Origin: the human T2T-CHM13v2.0 reference genome, Homo sapiens
Direction: 5' to 3' (one strand)
DNA: 64,000 nucleotides
Assembly (NCBI RefSeq): GCF_009914755.1
Contig: NC_060931.1
Part shown: one piece after another, positions 1 through 16,215 of the stretch
How positions within the stretch are numbered: position 1 is the first letter of the stretch
How the letters are laid out: each line of letters begins with the position of its first letter
Notes under the pieces: generated by a model
What the model saw: only the letters and a program-made list of their open reading frames with translations
What the model was told of the DNA's origin: nothing
Database searches by the model: none
Position numbers and translations under genes: made by a program

Positions 1-782
1 ATCCAGTCTATCATTGTTGGACATTTGGGTTGGTTCCAAGTCTTTGCTATTGTGAATAGTGCCACAGTAAACATATGTGTGCATGTGTCTTTATAGCAGC
101 ATGATTTCTAGTCCTTTGGGTATATACCCAGTAATGGGATGGCTGGGTCAAATGATATTTCTAGTTCTAGATCCCTGAGGAATGGCCACACTGACTTCCA
201 CAATGGTTGAACTAGTTTACAGTCCCACCAACAGTGTAAAAGTGTTCCTATTTCTCCACATCCTCTCCAGCACCTGTTGTTTCCTGACTTTTTAATGATT
301 GCCATTCTAACTGGTGTGAGATGATATCTCATTGTGGTTTTGATTTGCATTTCTCTGATGGCCAGTGATGGTGAGCATTTTTTCATGTGTTTTTTGGCTG
401 CATAAATGTCTTCTTTTGAGAAGTGTGTGTTCATGTCCTTGGCCCACTTTTTGATGGGGTTGTTTGTTTTTTTCTTGTAAATTTGTTTGAGTTCATTGTA
501 GATTCTGGATATTAGCCCTTTGTCAGTTGAGTAGGTTGTGAAGATTTTCTCCCATTTTGTAGGTTGCCTGTTCACTCTGATGGTAGTTTCTTTTGCTGTG
601 CAGAAGCTCTTTAGTTTAATTAGATCCCATTTGTCAATTTCGGCTTTTGTTGCCATTGCTTTTGTTGTCTTAGACATGAAGTCCTTGCCCATGCCTATGT
701 CCTGAATGGTAATGCCTACTTTTTCCTCTAGGGTTTTTATGGTTTTAGGTCTAACATTTAAGTCTTCAATCCATCTTGAATT

Positions 783-784
<2 letters not shown>
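1..784 (-). mobile_element. L1 (L1PA2-like), non-inverted 3' segment of a 5'-inverted insertion; continues left of the window
   Basis: ORF 108..692 is the L1 ORF2p C-terminus (MGKDFMSKT...[18 protein letters not shown]). Homology ends at ...ccatcttgaattga (784). Confidence 0.95.
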
Positions 785-2767
<1,983 letters not shown>

Positions 2768-2789
2768 GCATTGCCATTTTTCTGGCTGC

Positions 2790-2905
2790 ATTATCACCTC
2801 CCCTAGAATGCAATCTCCAGGAAAGGAGAGAACATGCTTGTTACTAATTATTGTATTACCAGTCTGTATCAATGCCTGGCATATAAGTTCTCAATAAACA
2901 TTTGC
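2790..2905 (+). mobile_element. L2 3'-end fragment
   Basis: Typical L2 tail: ctagaatgcaatctccagg...tgcctggcatataagttctcaataaacatttg. Confidence 0.5.
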
Positions 2906-5049
2906 CTATGGAAAAAAAATACAAAACACTGGAGTAGGAGACAGAAAATCTGAATTACAGGTCACAACCAATACCTCATGTCACCAAGATGCCATTTAAC
3001 CTTTTGTTTTCAATCTCCATAAATTGATGGCGTTGGGTAAACTAGCTATACTATAATATTCATTTTATTTTCAGAATTCTTATGATTTTAGCAATATATA
3101 GAACAAAATCCATCAGGAGGATCCAATTCAAGTGCTCATTATTTGTAAATGAGGGAACACAAATTCTTTTTGTTGTGGGTGTGTAGCTTCCAGTGTACAG
3201 CAAACCAATGGCTATGCATAGCACTCTTAGGAATAACTCAAGAACTTTAATTTTTTCCAGCATAAAGAGAAGTATGTACTATAAGGTATATACCTGAATT
3301 CATTTATAGATGGATTTGTTGTTTCATTATTACCTAGGTCTATGATTATACTTAGAATTAAATATACAAAATTAAATAATTTTAACCTGAAACACTTCTT
3401 AAAATTAGAAGAGAAACTGATCTGTTTAATAATTATTATTACTTTTAATCTGGTATCTAAATACAGATTTTTAACTGACAAATTTTACTATGTAAAGCCC
3501 CAGAACAGGGTCATGGCCAACAGTGATGGAGGGACAGGGATTACAGTTGCTAAAGGCTGAGAGACCAAAGTCAATTTCTCACAGCTTTTAAAAAGGTAAA
3601 TGATAGCTGAGAGGCTGGCAATCATAGAAACCGTCGTGTCCAAGGCAAAGTTTAGTAAAAGACTTTCCTTTGCTCAAGAAGAAAAATCATGCACTGAGAG
3701 CCTATGACATTTTACCTTTGGTATGAATACCAACAAAAATATTAAAACACAATTCATTTACACTATAAAATTAATGGTATTTATATAATTCTGGAAAACT
3801 TGAGAGCAGAAGGTGAAAAGAAACCAATAAAAAATTAAGTTACTCAATATCATTTTAAAGATATATGTAAATCAAAAATATTCTGCTCCTAGAGCCCAGT
3901 TGGTACAAGTAGTGCTAGGCACATGATCAGTGATCAGCTATAGTTTGCTAAATTGAATCAAATCGAAGAGCACTGACAAAATGTTTCCGATGTTATCCTA
4001 CGGAGCCTATTGAAATTCCTATGTGGCTCATGGTTATTGTAGACCTAAAGTACTAGTGATGGGAAGCACCATAGAGATTATCTGGGCCAAATGGTTCATT
4101 ATACGCATTAAGATATTAAGTTACTTATCCAAAATCACAACATGAGCATTAAAACTCAAGCCTCCTCAAATGTACGTCAGTATTTTTCAGTAACACCTTC
4201 TGATTTTTAGCTTATGGTGTGCATATATGTTCCTGCCTAAACATGTATGAGAACACTATAAAATCTTAAGTTTGATTTCCTGTGCCACCTGTGAGGTTAG
4301 CCACATTACTCTAGACAATGTATTTGTATATGAGACGAACATATAGTGAGTAATGTATGTTAAAGTCAGAAATGCTAATTGGCATTCCTTCTAGGGACAG
4401 GTGAAGTGTGATTGCATTTGCCTTTCTGAGTAATGCTGGAAAGTGAAAATACAGATCATTGCACAGATGGTGTTATTTTGTTTCCTGGTTGTAACTACCT
4501 TCCCAGGCATAGAGTTGATCTTTTCCAACAGGTATAGAGTTTTCTGAGACATATTTAGCCTCTCCCACAATGCAGCATCAGAACAATTCAGAGAATGGTG
4601 AGAGTAGGGGGGAGGAGACACCAATCTTAGAGTGTTTTAATATTAAAATTTAAAAGCATTTATCTGGATTTTATAGATGAGCAAACTATTATTAATAAAA
4701 TAAATTTACCTTGAGTAAACACTCATTTCTTAGATGGAATAGTTTTTAAAATCTAATAAATTCAGCTGGTGTGATGCCTTTATAAATTATTTTAGAGAAA
4801 GTCATTTTTATGCCCAAAGTTAAATTTGCATTACATATATAATTACATATGAATAAAAGCCTGACTCAAACTTTCATTCTCAAAAAGTGTGCCTTTAGTT
4901 TATGTGTGAATCTGGGAACATAATAAGCAGCATCAAATAAATAAAAAATATGTGACTAAGTATTTTTCTTGGAAAATATTGCTTTCACTAAAATAATAGC
5001 ACTTGACTACTTTGCATTTTTTACAAAATAAAATTATATTGAATATTTA

Positions 5050-5700
5050 TTGAATATACCTAAAGCACTGCTTATAAGACAATTTATAGCATGAAATGTT
5101 TTTATGAGATAAGAAAAAGGTTTCAAATCAATTATGTAAGTTTTGACTTCAAGAAACTAGAAAAAGTTAAGCAAATTAACCAAAGAAAGTGGAATCAAGT
5201 AATTAGTAAAAATACAAGAATAAATCAATGAGATAGACAACAAATAACAGAAAAATCTCAAATCAGAAGCTTGTTTTTTGTGAAGTAAAATAATAATAAT
5301 AATAATAGATAAACCCCCAGCAAGATAAACTTCTTGCTCAACAAAAGAGAAAAAAACACAAAATACCAATATCAGAAATAAAGGAGGTTGTATCAGCAGA
5401 AATTCTGTATATACACAGTATCTGCTTAACCCTGGAGAAGGCAAAATTTTCCTAAAGAGGATATAAGATGCATTGACTAAGAAAGAAACAATTTATCAAC
5501 TGGGGTTTAACAAATTGAAAACCGTGATTCATGAAAAACATGACTAATAAAGTTAAACAGAAAGCCACAGATTGCAAGAGACAGTATCTACAATACATGC
5601 ACCTAACGAAATACCTATAACCAGCATATATAAAGGTCATTTATACCTCAGTAATAAGACAAACAACCCAAATAAAGAATGAGCAAAAGACTTGAAAATA
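5050..5700 (+). mobile_element. Old L1M ORF2 fragments
   Basis: A-rich degenerate ORF2-like sequence (agcttgttttttgtgaag; acaaacaacccaaataaagaatgagcaaaagacttga). Boundaries approximate. Confidence 0.55.
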
Positions 5701-7149
5701 AAACATTCTAACAGGTTGGGATCCTCTTTATGAGTGTCTTGTCATAGGTTGTCAAATTTATGTCTTCAATAAAAGAATAACACTTTGCTATTTTATTTTT
5801 TCATAGCATTTATATTAGTGTATTAATGTTTTTAAAACAAAGTATTGTTATGACTTATCAAATACTCAAGGCTGCTTTCCTTCACACTCCACACTTCATG
5901 AAGAAAGCCTAACCAATATGGACATTTTTGTTTACAGAATGAAGTTTAGCTCTAAGAATTATTCCAAAGGAGTGTGGAAAAGATGGTTAAAAAGGCACCT
6001 CAAGATGTGGTAGGTCAAATAATAATGTAATTTAAAAGCAGAGGAAAAACAGCAGACATCAAATTTGTTCTAAAAATAATCTCTGGAATTTTCTCCAAAG
6101 AAAACAATTACAAAAATATACTTTGTAATATAAATACAAAACAACTGGAGTTTTGTTTAGCAGGTAGATAATTTCTTATTCTTTATTCTAAAGCAACTTT
6201 TAAAAATGTACTTTTTCAACTCAAGGGTCCCATTCCTGGCTACTTGCTCTGCATAATAGAAATTAAATACTAGTTTCTTACTTACAATGGGAAATCAACT
6301 CCAGTTGGTTCTATTCATATCAGGTTAAAAACAGGTAAAAAGAATAGAGCTATCACAATATGTAGTGTTTACTTATTCTAATAACTGATTTTTTTTAACT
6401 TTCACATTGTTATAGAATATTTGTAAAACAATTAAGCCTGAAAAGTTTAAGATCACATTACAGTTCTTTGTTTCCAAGCCAATCAGTCTCCTGAAGTTTG
6501 AGAAAATTACTGGCTTTACAAATTAGAAAAGAGAGAATTACTGAATTGTTGTCTGCCTAAAATTGTCCAGCTGCCTCTAATTTGGGAAAGATAAATGCAG
6601 GTTAGGAAGATCACTGGAAGCTGCCAAACAGTAGCCAGGCTCAGTGGGAGGAGAGAAACTGCACAATCCATTTACAGATAAAGCTCTTGTGAATGTGGGG
6701 AAGTTTTTTCTGAGGAAGTGCCACAGGAAGTTTGTAATAAACTCTTGCAATTCATAGCTGCAGAGTATCAGCAGTAGCTGTTCCCACTTTATACACCTGG
6801 AACCTTCACCTTTATAAAGCAGAGGTCTGTCTCTTTTCAATAGTTTTCATATACATCAAAAGGAAACAGTAAGGATAAGGGATGATACTAAACTGGAATT
6901 AGGCTACAAGGGCTGTTGGGCAAATTTCCACAGTGTCATGTCACTGTTCTAGGGTTCATAACTACATAGGCCACTAAGAGAAATGACCGATCATTAGAAG
7001 GCAAACCTAATTATGCCTGTTTTCATCCCACATACTGCATATAAAATAAAAGAAACAAAAAAAAATCATGCTGTCTTACAAAACAATGTAAACAAGCAAA
7101 TGTTGTTCATTTAAAAGACATTACACATTCCCTGTGTCCCATATGTTTT

Positions 7150-7667
7150 CTTTTTATTTTATTTTATTATTATTATACTTTAAGTTTTAGGGTACATGTG
7201 CACAATGTGCAGGTTACATATGTATACATGTGACATGCTGGTGTGCTGCACCCATTAACTCGTCATTTAGCATTAGGTATATCTCCTAAAGCTATCCCTC
7301 CCCCTCCCCCCACCCCACAACAGTCCCCAGAGTGTGATGTTCCCCTTCCTGTGTCCATGTGTTCTCATTGTTCAATTCCCACCTATGAGTGAGAATATGC
7401 GGTGTTTGGTTTTCTGTTCTTGCGATAGTTTACTGAGAATGATGATTTCCAATTTCATCCATGTCCCTACAAAGGACATGAACTCATCATTTTTTATGGC
7501 TGCATAGTATTCCATGGTGTGTATGTGCCACATTTTCTTAATCCAGTCTATCATTGTTGGACATTTGGGTTGGTTCCAAGTCTTTGCTATTGTGAATAGT
7601 GCCGCAGTAAACATACATGTGCATGTGTCTTTATAGCAGCATGATTTATAGTCCTTTGGGTATATAC
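7150..7667 (-). mobile_element. 5'-truncated L1PA3-like element (ORF2 end plus 3' UTR)
   Basis: ORF 7372..7614 is the ORF2p terminus (...RIFSLIGGN). 3' UTR reads CTAAATGACGAGTTAATGGG (older than L1PA2). Poly(A) on the left. Only a 5-bp candidate TSD (ttctt). Confidence 0.92.
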
Positions 7668-9797
7668 ACTCTAATTCTTAACAATCCTGCTACTGAAATA
7701 TTGCCATCCTCACTTTATAGATAGAGGAACAAAAACTGTCAGCCTGTCTACGTGGGTTCCTTAAGGGTATGGATAATATCTTACTTGACATTGTAGCCCC
7801 AAGGTGTAACAAGCAGCCCATATTAAACTCAATAAGTATGTTTTGAAATAAGTGAGTAAATGAATGAATGAGGTACAATTGGGCTGATCTTGAAAAATGC
7901 ATAAGATTGGAATAAGCAGAAGCAGGGAAGTGAACGTAGAAAAAAATAATGGGGGAGGTGGGGTGGGGAGGGGAACCCAGCATGTGGAAATGCATATTAC
8001 CAAAGAGAGATAGGCTTATAAGTATAGATGATAACAATCATTTGAAAAGCTATTAGGAAGAAATAATCCAATCTCCTTCTTTCATTACTTGTGCCTGTAC
8101 CTAATTCAATTCACAAATCCAATACTGACATGAAAAACCCAACTCCAGTAAATTACTTTGTCAGAGCCAGAAAAATACAGACTTCTGACTGGTGCAAAAA
8201 CTTTTATACTCTGTTCAAGATCTATTTGTTTCTGCATCCCTCATAGTCATCTTCACACTAAGTGACTTGAGTCAGCAATAATTAGACATTTCTGAATTCA
8301 GTTTTGGTATGTTCTTAATTTGTTTTGACATGATATAAAAATGTCAACTCTCCAGAATCTGAGAACAATCACAGCATGCGTATGTTGGAATTTATTCTGC
8401 ATTGTATGTCAAAGTGAAGAAATTCAGATTCCGTTTATGTTTCACAAGCATAACAACCGTTGACAAGTTGCTATGAAAAGCAGACATTGACTCTGTCATT
8501 ATTGCAAATTATTCATATTTGAAAGGTTCATAGTTTAGTATACATTTTCCTTTCCTGATTATATAAATGTATAATATTTATAGAAATATTTCCTTCTGAA
8601 TTATCAAGAGCAAAAATTTAGTATAAGTGTGTTTTAAAATTTAAATTCATTAATAATGTTTTGATCTGTCTTCTATGTGTATTAGAGGTATCTAATATAA
8701 GAATTGGGTTTTTTTAATCTGCCATGCATTAAATTTAATTTGGTAAAAGGATTATCAGAACTCTCTCCCAGCCAAGAGCCTCTAACATACTATTTTCCTG
8801 ATTCAATTCTTTGTCAGGTCTCCCTCTGAAACAGTCTCACTTTGAAATATATATTACTTTTCTACAAAATATAGTGTGTGTTAGTTTTTGGAATCCAAAA
8901 TGATGTTTTATGATGCTCATTATGTAATGACATATTATTATCCCCATAGGCAGCTCTTGGATCCAGTAAAGCAATATGGTGTATCACATCTAATAGGGCA
9001 CCATGGTACATTCCTGGAATATCATTTGGAGTTGTCAGGGACTATAACTTAGAAAATTGATGAGAATGAGATAATCTTATAACAAAAAAATATGAAAATG
9101 GTGTTTTCAACCAGCTATTGGTTGACGTTGTAGCTTTCAATCTATGGAAAGTAGAAATTGTAGCCTGTTCATTTAGGAAGACACACTTAAAAACTATTTG
9201 GACTCTCTAAATAATTGCTTTGTGAGTCTCAAATTCTGATTTGGTGGAAATATTACTGTGTTCCCAGGAGAAATTCCTCCCTTGGACATTAAGACCTCCA
9301 AGTTCATTAAGTCCAAAACTGAGGGATGGGAAATGATAATTCTTTATGTAGGTTATATGGTATAACAGTGAAAGAGGTCACTCTCTGCTTTATCCTTTTG
9401 TCTCCAGTTCCATGCATTCTGAAAATAGGAGAGACAGCAGTATTTATTAGCCAGCTCTACCCATGATTTCCCAACCTGTGAATTCTGGCTGCGAAGGAGA
9501 CAGCACCGCACATAGCCAATTATTTTAGGCATACACTGCATCCTGTCAGAAAGCACTCTAACCTCGTAGGGTGTTGTCACCCAGACAGTGCCATAACTCA
9601 CCATTTACTAGGCTATTTCATTTCACTTTATCAAGGCATATATATGTAGGTGATAAAGACATGGTAAAACCAGTGAATTCTGCGAGCATGAATCCACTGT
9701 CTCACTTCCTTCTCTGTAAAATGAGTACCTTCATTGAAGACAATGTAATATGTAATACCATAGTGATGAGTAAGGCTTTCTGTGCATACATAAATGA

Positions 9798-10189
<392 letters not shown>

Positions 10190-10954
10190 CTATTAAATAT
10201 CTATATTCATGAGAAAAAAACAAGTCTGCCCACTCTGTAACAGAAAGGATCCAACATAATCAACCAGTCACCAGATGGCCAGATAGATTTCCTGGGGAAT
10301 AATATCGTTTTGTGGCTTTTTATTGGCCTGTGCTGTTGGTAGGTTGGACACCCAGCAGTGGTGGTAGTCAAAGCAGCCTTTGTGAAAAAAAACCTCTGTG
10401 GTTAAGCCCATGAGTAAGCTCCATCTATATTGTCACAGTCACTTTGTAGATGGACCCATTGAGTAAGCACCAGAAAGGATAGCAAAAGAAGCTGACTGAC
10501 ATCCACAGAAGGAATCATCTTGTCCATTTGAATACTGACAGTTTCCTCTGCAGTCAGCGCCACCTGGAGCACACTTACCTAGGGCATGCCTATCCACATG
10601 CAGCTCCCCTAGAATTCCTTATCACCAATTTTTTAGTTATTATTCTTCCCAAGTCTCTTTTCTGTTGAACAACTTTTTGGCTGCTTCCTATGGATCTTTG
10701 TAGATCTATACTAGCAGCCATCTCTCATCCCACAAACATGTACCACCTGAAATTTTTCCTTCTGATAGAATTCTCTTTATCACTGTCTCCCATGACCATC
10801 TCAAGTGGAGTTGTAATACAGTGGGCAGCATAAGGGCACACCTGTCTCTCAACCAGATCACGTTCTGACACCATACTGTACGGATCCTTCTATAAACTGG
10901 TTCATTTTTTTCTTTCATTTAAGTGGTCATAGGGAACTCTTCATGAGTCCATAG

Positions 10955-11284
<330 letters not shown>

Positions 11285-11816
11285 TGAGGGGTAAATAGAA
11301 AAGCAGAAGGAGAACATACCAAGGGAGTTTGAACTATCTACCTCATGAAGTTTACTTGTAACTTCCAGACCTTAAAGGATATTCTCATATAATCTCTACA
11401 GGAATGATGCTGTGCATGGTCAACTCTATTATCGTGTGGATCTGATAACTCACAGTTTACTATGGGCATTTTGAGTAACACAGTCATTTAGTGAATCATG
11501 ACTGGGTATTCAGTTTCCACCACGACCCAAAAGAAGATCAGAACACTTGGCGGAAAATAGCATATTTCTTATACTACAGGTATAGGGTTTGCTAAGTCAC
11601 ATGGCCCAAGCAGAAGAAGTGCCTTTATTTCACTTAAAACTGGCAGTTTTAAGGTTTATTCAATAAATAGTTTAAAGCCCCATATCCAAATGTGGCTTAT
11701 GTTGCCCCCAGAATCTAAGAAGCCTGCTAAGCATTATGCCTCTTTCTTAACGGTGGGTAATACAAAGTACAGCAAATGGTTTCTTACTTTAGAGAGGAAA
11801 TCTGAACATTCTCTCC

Positions 11817-12495
11817 TGTATCTGTCAAGGTCCAGTCAGGAGATTAAAAGCAACACTGTAATTTGAACTGGGAAATTTTAATATAAAGACTTATTGACTA
11901 GTAACAAGGGATTAACTACTACTGAGAGACCTCTTAAGAATACAGGAACAGCAGATGCAGGGATCTGTCCACCTTTAAGGTAGAGGCAGATCACCCAAAG
12001 AAGAAACAAGTTTGAAAGCATGCCCTACCCAAAGCTGAGAATCAGACCTTGATGGAGAAGGTGTAGATGTGACAGAGAAGTGTGTTGTAATGCCACAAGC
12101 CAGGGTTGATGAGCAGGAAACTGCTCATCAGATTGTTGGTAAGATTCACTGGGGAGCTAATCACTGGGGTGTTGACAAAACTCATGGGAGAGTGAACACC
12201 ACCACTGGGTATTCCAGCCACACACAGAAGTGCTGGCAAAACTCACTGGAGGGGGGGGGTGCCACTGGGTGTTCTGCCCACTGCTCACCACATGGAATAA
12301 GGATTCAAAAAAGCACGTGGGAACCAAGAAAATAAGCCCCTCACTAAATTCTCCTTACATTTCCCTCCAGTAGCAATACTTAACATGGTCCAGCTGGCAA
12401 AGGAGAAACATTTACAGGGTTCAGCTTCAGTATCGCAAGCAGGGCAAAGAAGTACATCACGGGAGCTGAGAGGCAATAAAAATAAGAATTGGCAC
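11817..12495 (-). mobile_element. LTR41-like ERVL LTR
   Basis: Minus strand starts tgtgccaattcttatttttattgcctctcagctcc...tgccctgcttgcgatactgaagctgaaccctgtaaatgtttctcctttgccagctgg, matching the recalled LTR41 5' end; TG...CA termini. Confidence 0.7.
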
Positions 12496-14322
12496 AGCTA
12501 ACTCCTCTGGCTTCTTGGCTCCTATATACAACCTTCTACCCACATTTGAACTTCCTATGCCTCCACCTGTCAAGAAAAGCTATCCTTCAAAGAAAAGATG
12601 ACTTTCTTACCCGTTCTTCCAAATTAGGAGACTCGGTCCCAACAGTTATTCCATCACTAGTTATATGATTTCTCTCTAAAATTCAGTTACAGTCTGACTC
12701 AATTCTGTTACCTAAAGGATAAATTTTAAATGTAACCTGCAATAACTTATATATAAAATGGAAATGGGAAAAAGGAAACTGATTGGCATATACAGATAAA
12801 AACCTACAGATAATAAATAAGAGACAATACACAAAGCTACTAGAGCCCTCATTTCTGTAATTGGTCACAGGGCGTTAGTTGTTATCTATGATTTCCTTTT
12901 TCCACTGCCCTCAGACAACACCAGCTGGTCAGGATTCTTTATGGGGATGAAACCAAAATCTTTATCACTGAAGTGTCTGAGTTCTCAGTCATGTATTATT
13001 TGGTTGCTATAGTTCTCCACTGACCTTTTCTATTAAGAAAACAAGTATTAAAAAGCCCCCAGAGAATCCTTTGGATTCCAAACATAGTTCTCCTTGGCCC
13101 CCATTGTATAGCATCACCATGATTTCTCCTTAGTAATTGGGATTCATCTCCCACCCGCTGGCATGCAGATGTGTTACTAAGGCACAAAGGATGCTTGCTA
13201 CTTCAGGCTTGCCAGGTCCAATTTGCAAATATCAACCATGTAATGGAGCAGCATGACATTCTGTGGAATATCAAGACAGTCAAGACCCTGCTGCATTATG
13301 AGGGAGAACAGGAACATTGACAGAGACTTGAGGTAAGATGGTGAAGACTTACTGCTGTCCCTGACTCATGAAGACTAAATACATATTATATATTTTCCTA
13401 GTGGGAGTTGAAAACATTTAATAGGTCAATAGATATATGCAAAGAGGTGGAGATACATAGACTTGCTCCAATAAAGACAAGACATCTGTAACCATAGCTG
13501 CAATTGGTATCATCCTCTGATTAACTTTATGATAATCCACAGCTTTACAACTTGAATAAAATTTGCACCAGCCTAAAGGGTAATTAAATGGAAACATGAT
13601 AAGAATCATTATCTTTCCAGTATTTGATGGCATCAATTCTCTTATGGATACAGTATTGTTTTTTGTTGTTCTTTCTGGGGAAGGAAAGGATTGGAGTACA
13701 GTTTCAGGGGCTTTCATTTGACCTTTCCTACTATAATAATCCTCACTGCATAGATCAGAAAACCTATGTATGAAATACTGCCAGTTACTAAGTGTATATA
13801 TATATATATCTGTCTTTATATACTGGGATTGGACAAATGAACATAATGAGTCTATGGTTTGCAATGCACTTATTACTGGATAAATTTAGTCCAAGAATCA
13901 AATACCTAGTCATCAAAGACTCTCACTTTGATCAGTGGGCTCCAGTGATGTTTTGAATCTCTGGACCTGAGTCATTTCAGAGCCAGTATCTAAGAACCCT
14001 TGGAAGGTCTGGGTGTTTGCTTCTCCCCAGGCCACTGTCCCCCGAAAAATGGCCAAGGTCCCACTAGAGATGACTTAAAGAAACATTCATGGTAACCATT
14101 TGTAAGTGTGTAGAGGGGGGTCATTCCTTAAAGATAGACAGCCTCTTTTTCCATCAAGAGGCTCTAGGTCTGTGAAATGGCTCAAGTCTGAGAACTCTAT
14201 AAAACACATACACACACTCTATAAAATATTCCCCATTACAGCACCTTGAGTAAAATTTTCTCTGTCCTCCAGAGTTGAAATTTCTCTGTTTATGTATGTC
14301 AAACAGAACCATAGTAGGCTGC

Positions 14323-15080
14323 TGTAGTAGGTTGAATGGTGGCCTCTTTTTAGATATGTCCATGTCCCAATACCTGGAACCTGTGAATGTGACCTTACTT
14401 TGGACAAAGGGTATTTGCAGTTATAAAGAAATTGAGGGTCTTAAATCATCCTGTATTGTTAGCCAGTGGGCCCTAAGTCCAATGACAAGTGTTCTTAGGC
14501 AGAAGACATAGATACATGAAAAGGAGAAGGCAACGTGACCACAGAAGCAGAGATTAGAGTGATACGGTCAAGGAAGCCAATAAATGCTAGAAGGCACCAG
14601 AAGCTGAGACAAAGAAGGATTTTCCCATAAAGATTCCAGAAAAAGAGCAGTTCTGCTGACACCTTGATTTCAGACTTCTTGCCTCCAGTACTGTTAAGAG
14701 AATACATTTCTGGTATTTTTTTTTTTTTTTTGAGACAGTCTTGCTCTTTCACTCAGGCTGGAGTGCAGTGGTGCCATCTCCTCGGCTCACTGCAACCTCC
14801 GCCTCTCAGGTTCAAGCGATTCTCATGCCTCAGCCTCCCGAGTAGCTGCAGTTACAGGCACCTGCCACCACGCCTGGCCAATTTTTGTATTTTTAGTAGA
14901 GATGGGTTTTCATCATGTTGGCCAGGCTGGTCTTGAACTCCCAACCTCAAGTGATCCACCTGCCTCGGCCTCCCAGAGTGCTGGCATTACAGGCATAAGC
15001 CACTGTGCCCAGCCACATTTCTGTTGTTTTAAGACACCCAGTTTGTGACAATTTTATGACAGTCCTAGTAAGCTACTACA
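14323..15080 (+). mobile_element. MLT1C-like MaLR solo LTR, split by an Alu
   Basis: tgtagtaggttgaatggtggcc...ctggaacctgtgaatgtgacctta...ctactaca; 5-bp TSD gctgc/actgc. Confidence 0.8.
14717..15014 (-). mobile_element. AluSx-like SINE inside MLT1
   Basis: Full dimer; TSD core acatttctg on both sides. Confidence 0.95.
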
Positions 15081-15169
15081 ACTGCCCATTTCATTCCTGT
15101 GGATATGATGATCAATTAACAGCTGCTACAAATCCCTGCAGGATCAAACCACTCTATCCATAGTGACTC

Positions 15170-15959
15170 GTTTCTTTTAAAATGTTATCATGGTAAGAGC
15201 ATTTAGCTTGAGATCTACCCTTTTAACATATTTTAAGTGTAAAATACAACATTGTTATCTATAGGCACAATATCGCACAGATCTCTAGAATGTATTCATC
15301 ATGCATAACTGAAATATTATATCCATTGATAATAGCAACTCCTATTTCGCCCTACCCTGCTCCCAGCCCCGGACAATCACAATTCCATTCTTTGCTTCCA
15401 TGAGTGTAACTATTTTAGATACTTATATGAACAGAATCACACAGTATCTGTTCTTTCTGACAGGCTGATATCACTTATTATAATATCCTTCAGGTTCATG
15501 CATGTTGTCAAATATTACAGGATTTCCTTTTTTCTTAAGGCTGAATAATATTCCATTGCATGTATTCCATTGCATGTATATTGCATATATCATTTGTTTT
15601 ATCCATCCACTGACGAACATTCAGGTTTTTTCCAAATTTTGGCTATTGTGAATAGTGCTGCAGTAAGCATGGCAGTGCTGGTACCTCTTTGTGATCTTTA
15701 TTTCAATTCTTTTGGATAAATACCCAGAAATAGAATTGCTGAATCATATGGTAATTCTACTTGTAATTTTTGAGGAACCTCCATAAAAATTTTTTTTTTT
15801 TTTTGAGATGGTGTTTCGCTCTGTCACCAGGCTGGAGTGCAGTGGCGCAATCTTGGTCACTGCAATCTCCGCCTCCCGGATTCAAGCGATCCTCCTGCCT
15901 CAGCCTCCCGAGTTGCTGGGACTACAGGTATGTGCCAACATGCCCAGGATTTTTTTTTC

Positions 15960-15991
<32 letters not shown>

Positions 15992-16215
15992 TGTATTTTT
16001 AGTAAAGACAGGGTTTTACCATGTTGGCCAGGACGGTCTCGATCTCTTGACCTTGTGATCCTCCCACCTTGGCCTCCCCAAGCGCTGGGATCACAGGCAT
16101 GAGCCACCGTGCCCGGCCACACAACTGTTTTCTATAGTAGCTGCACCATTTTGCATTTTCACCAACAGTGTTCAAAGGTTCCAATTTCTCCACAACCCCA
16201 GCATCATTTGTTGTG
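15170..16215 (-). mobile_element. Old L1MA/L1MB 3' end, split by an Alu
   Basis: Typical L1M 3' UTR/ORF2 end (tgagatctaccc...; ggctgaataatattccattg; ggctattgtgaatagtgctgca). Confidence 0.8.
15790..16118 (-). mobile_element. AluSc-like SINE with expanded central A-rich linker
   Basis: ctgtcaccaggctgg and gatctcttgacc diagnostics; T-rich linker of about 45 nt at ~15949-15992. Confidence 0.93.

Noticed and set aside
8467-8480. RFX X-box-like half sites (gttgctatgaaaag; also gttgctatgaagc at ~45289) near a ciliary gene
   Set aside because: Only one half matches the palindromic X-box, and both are far from the IQUB promoter.
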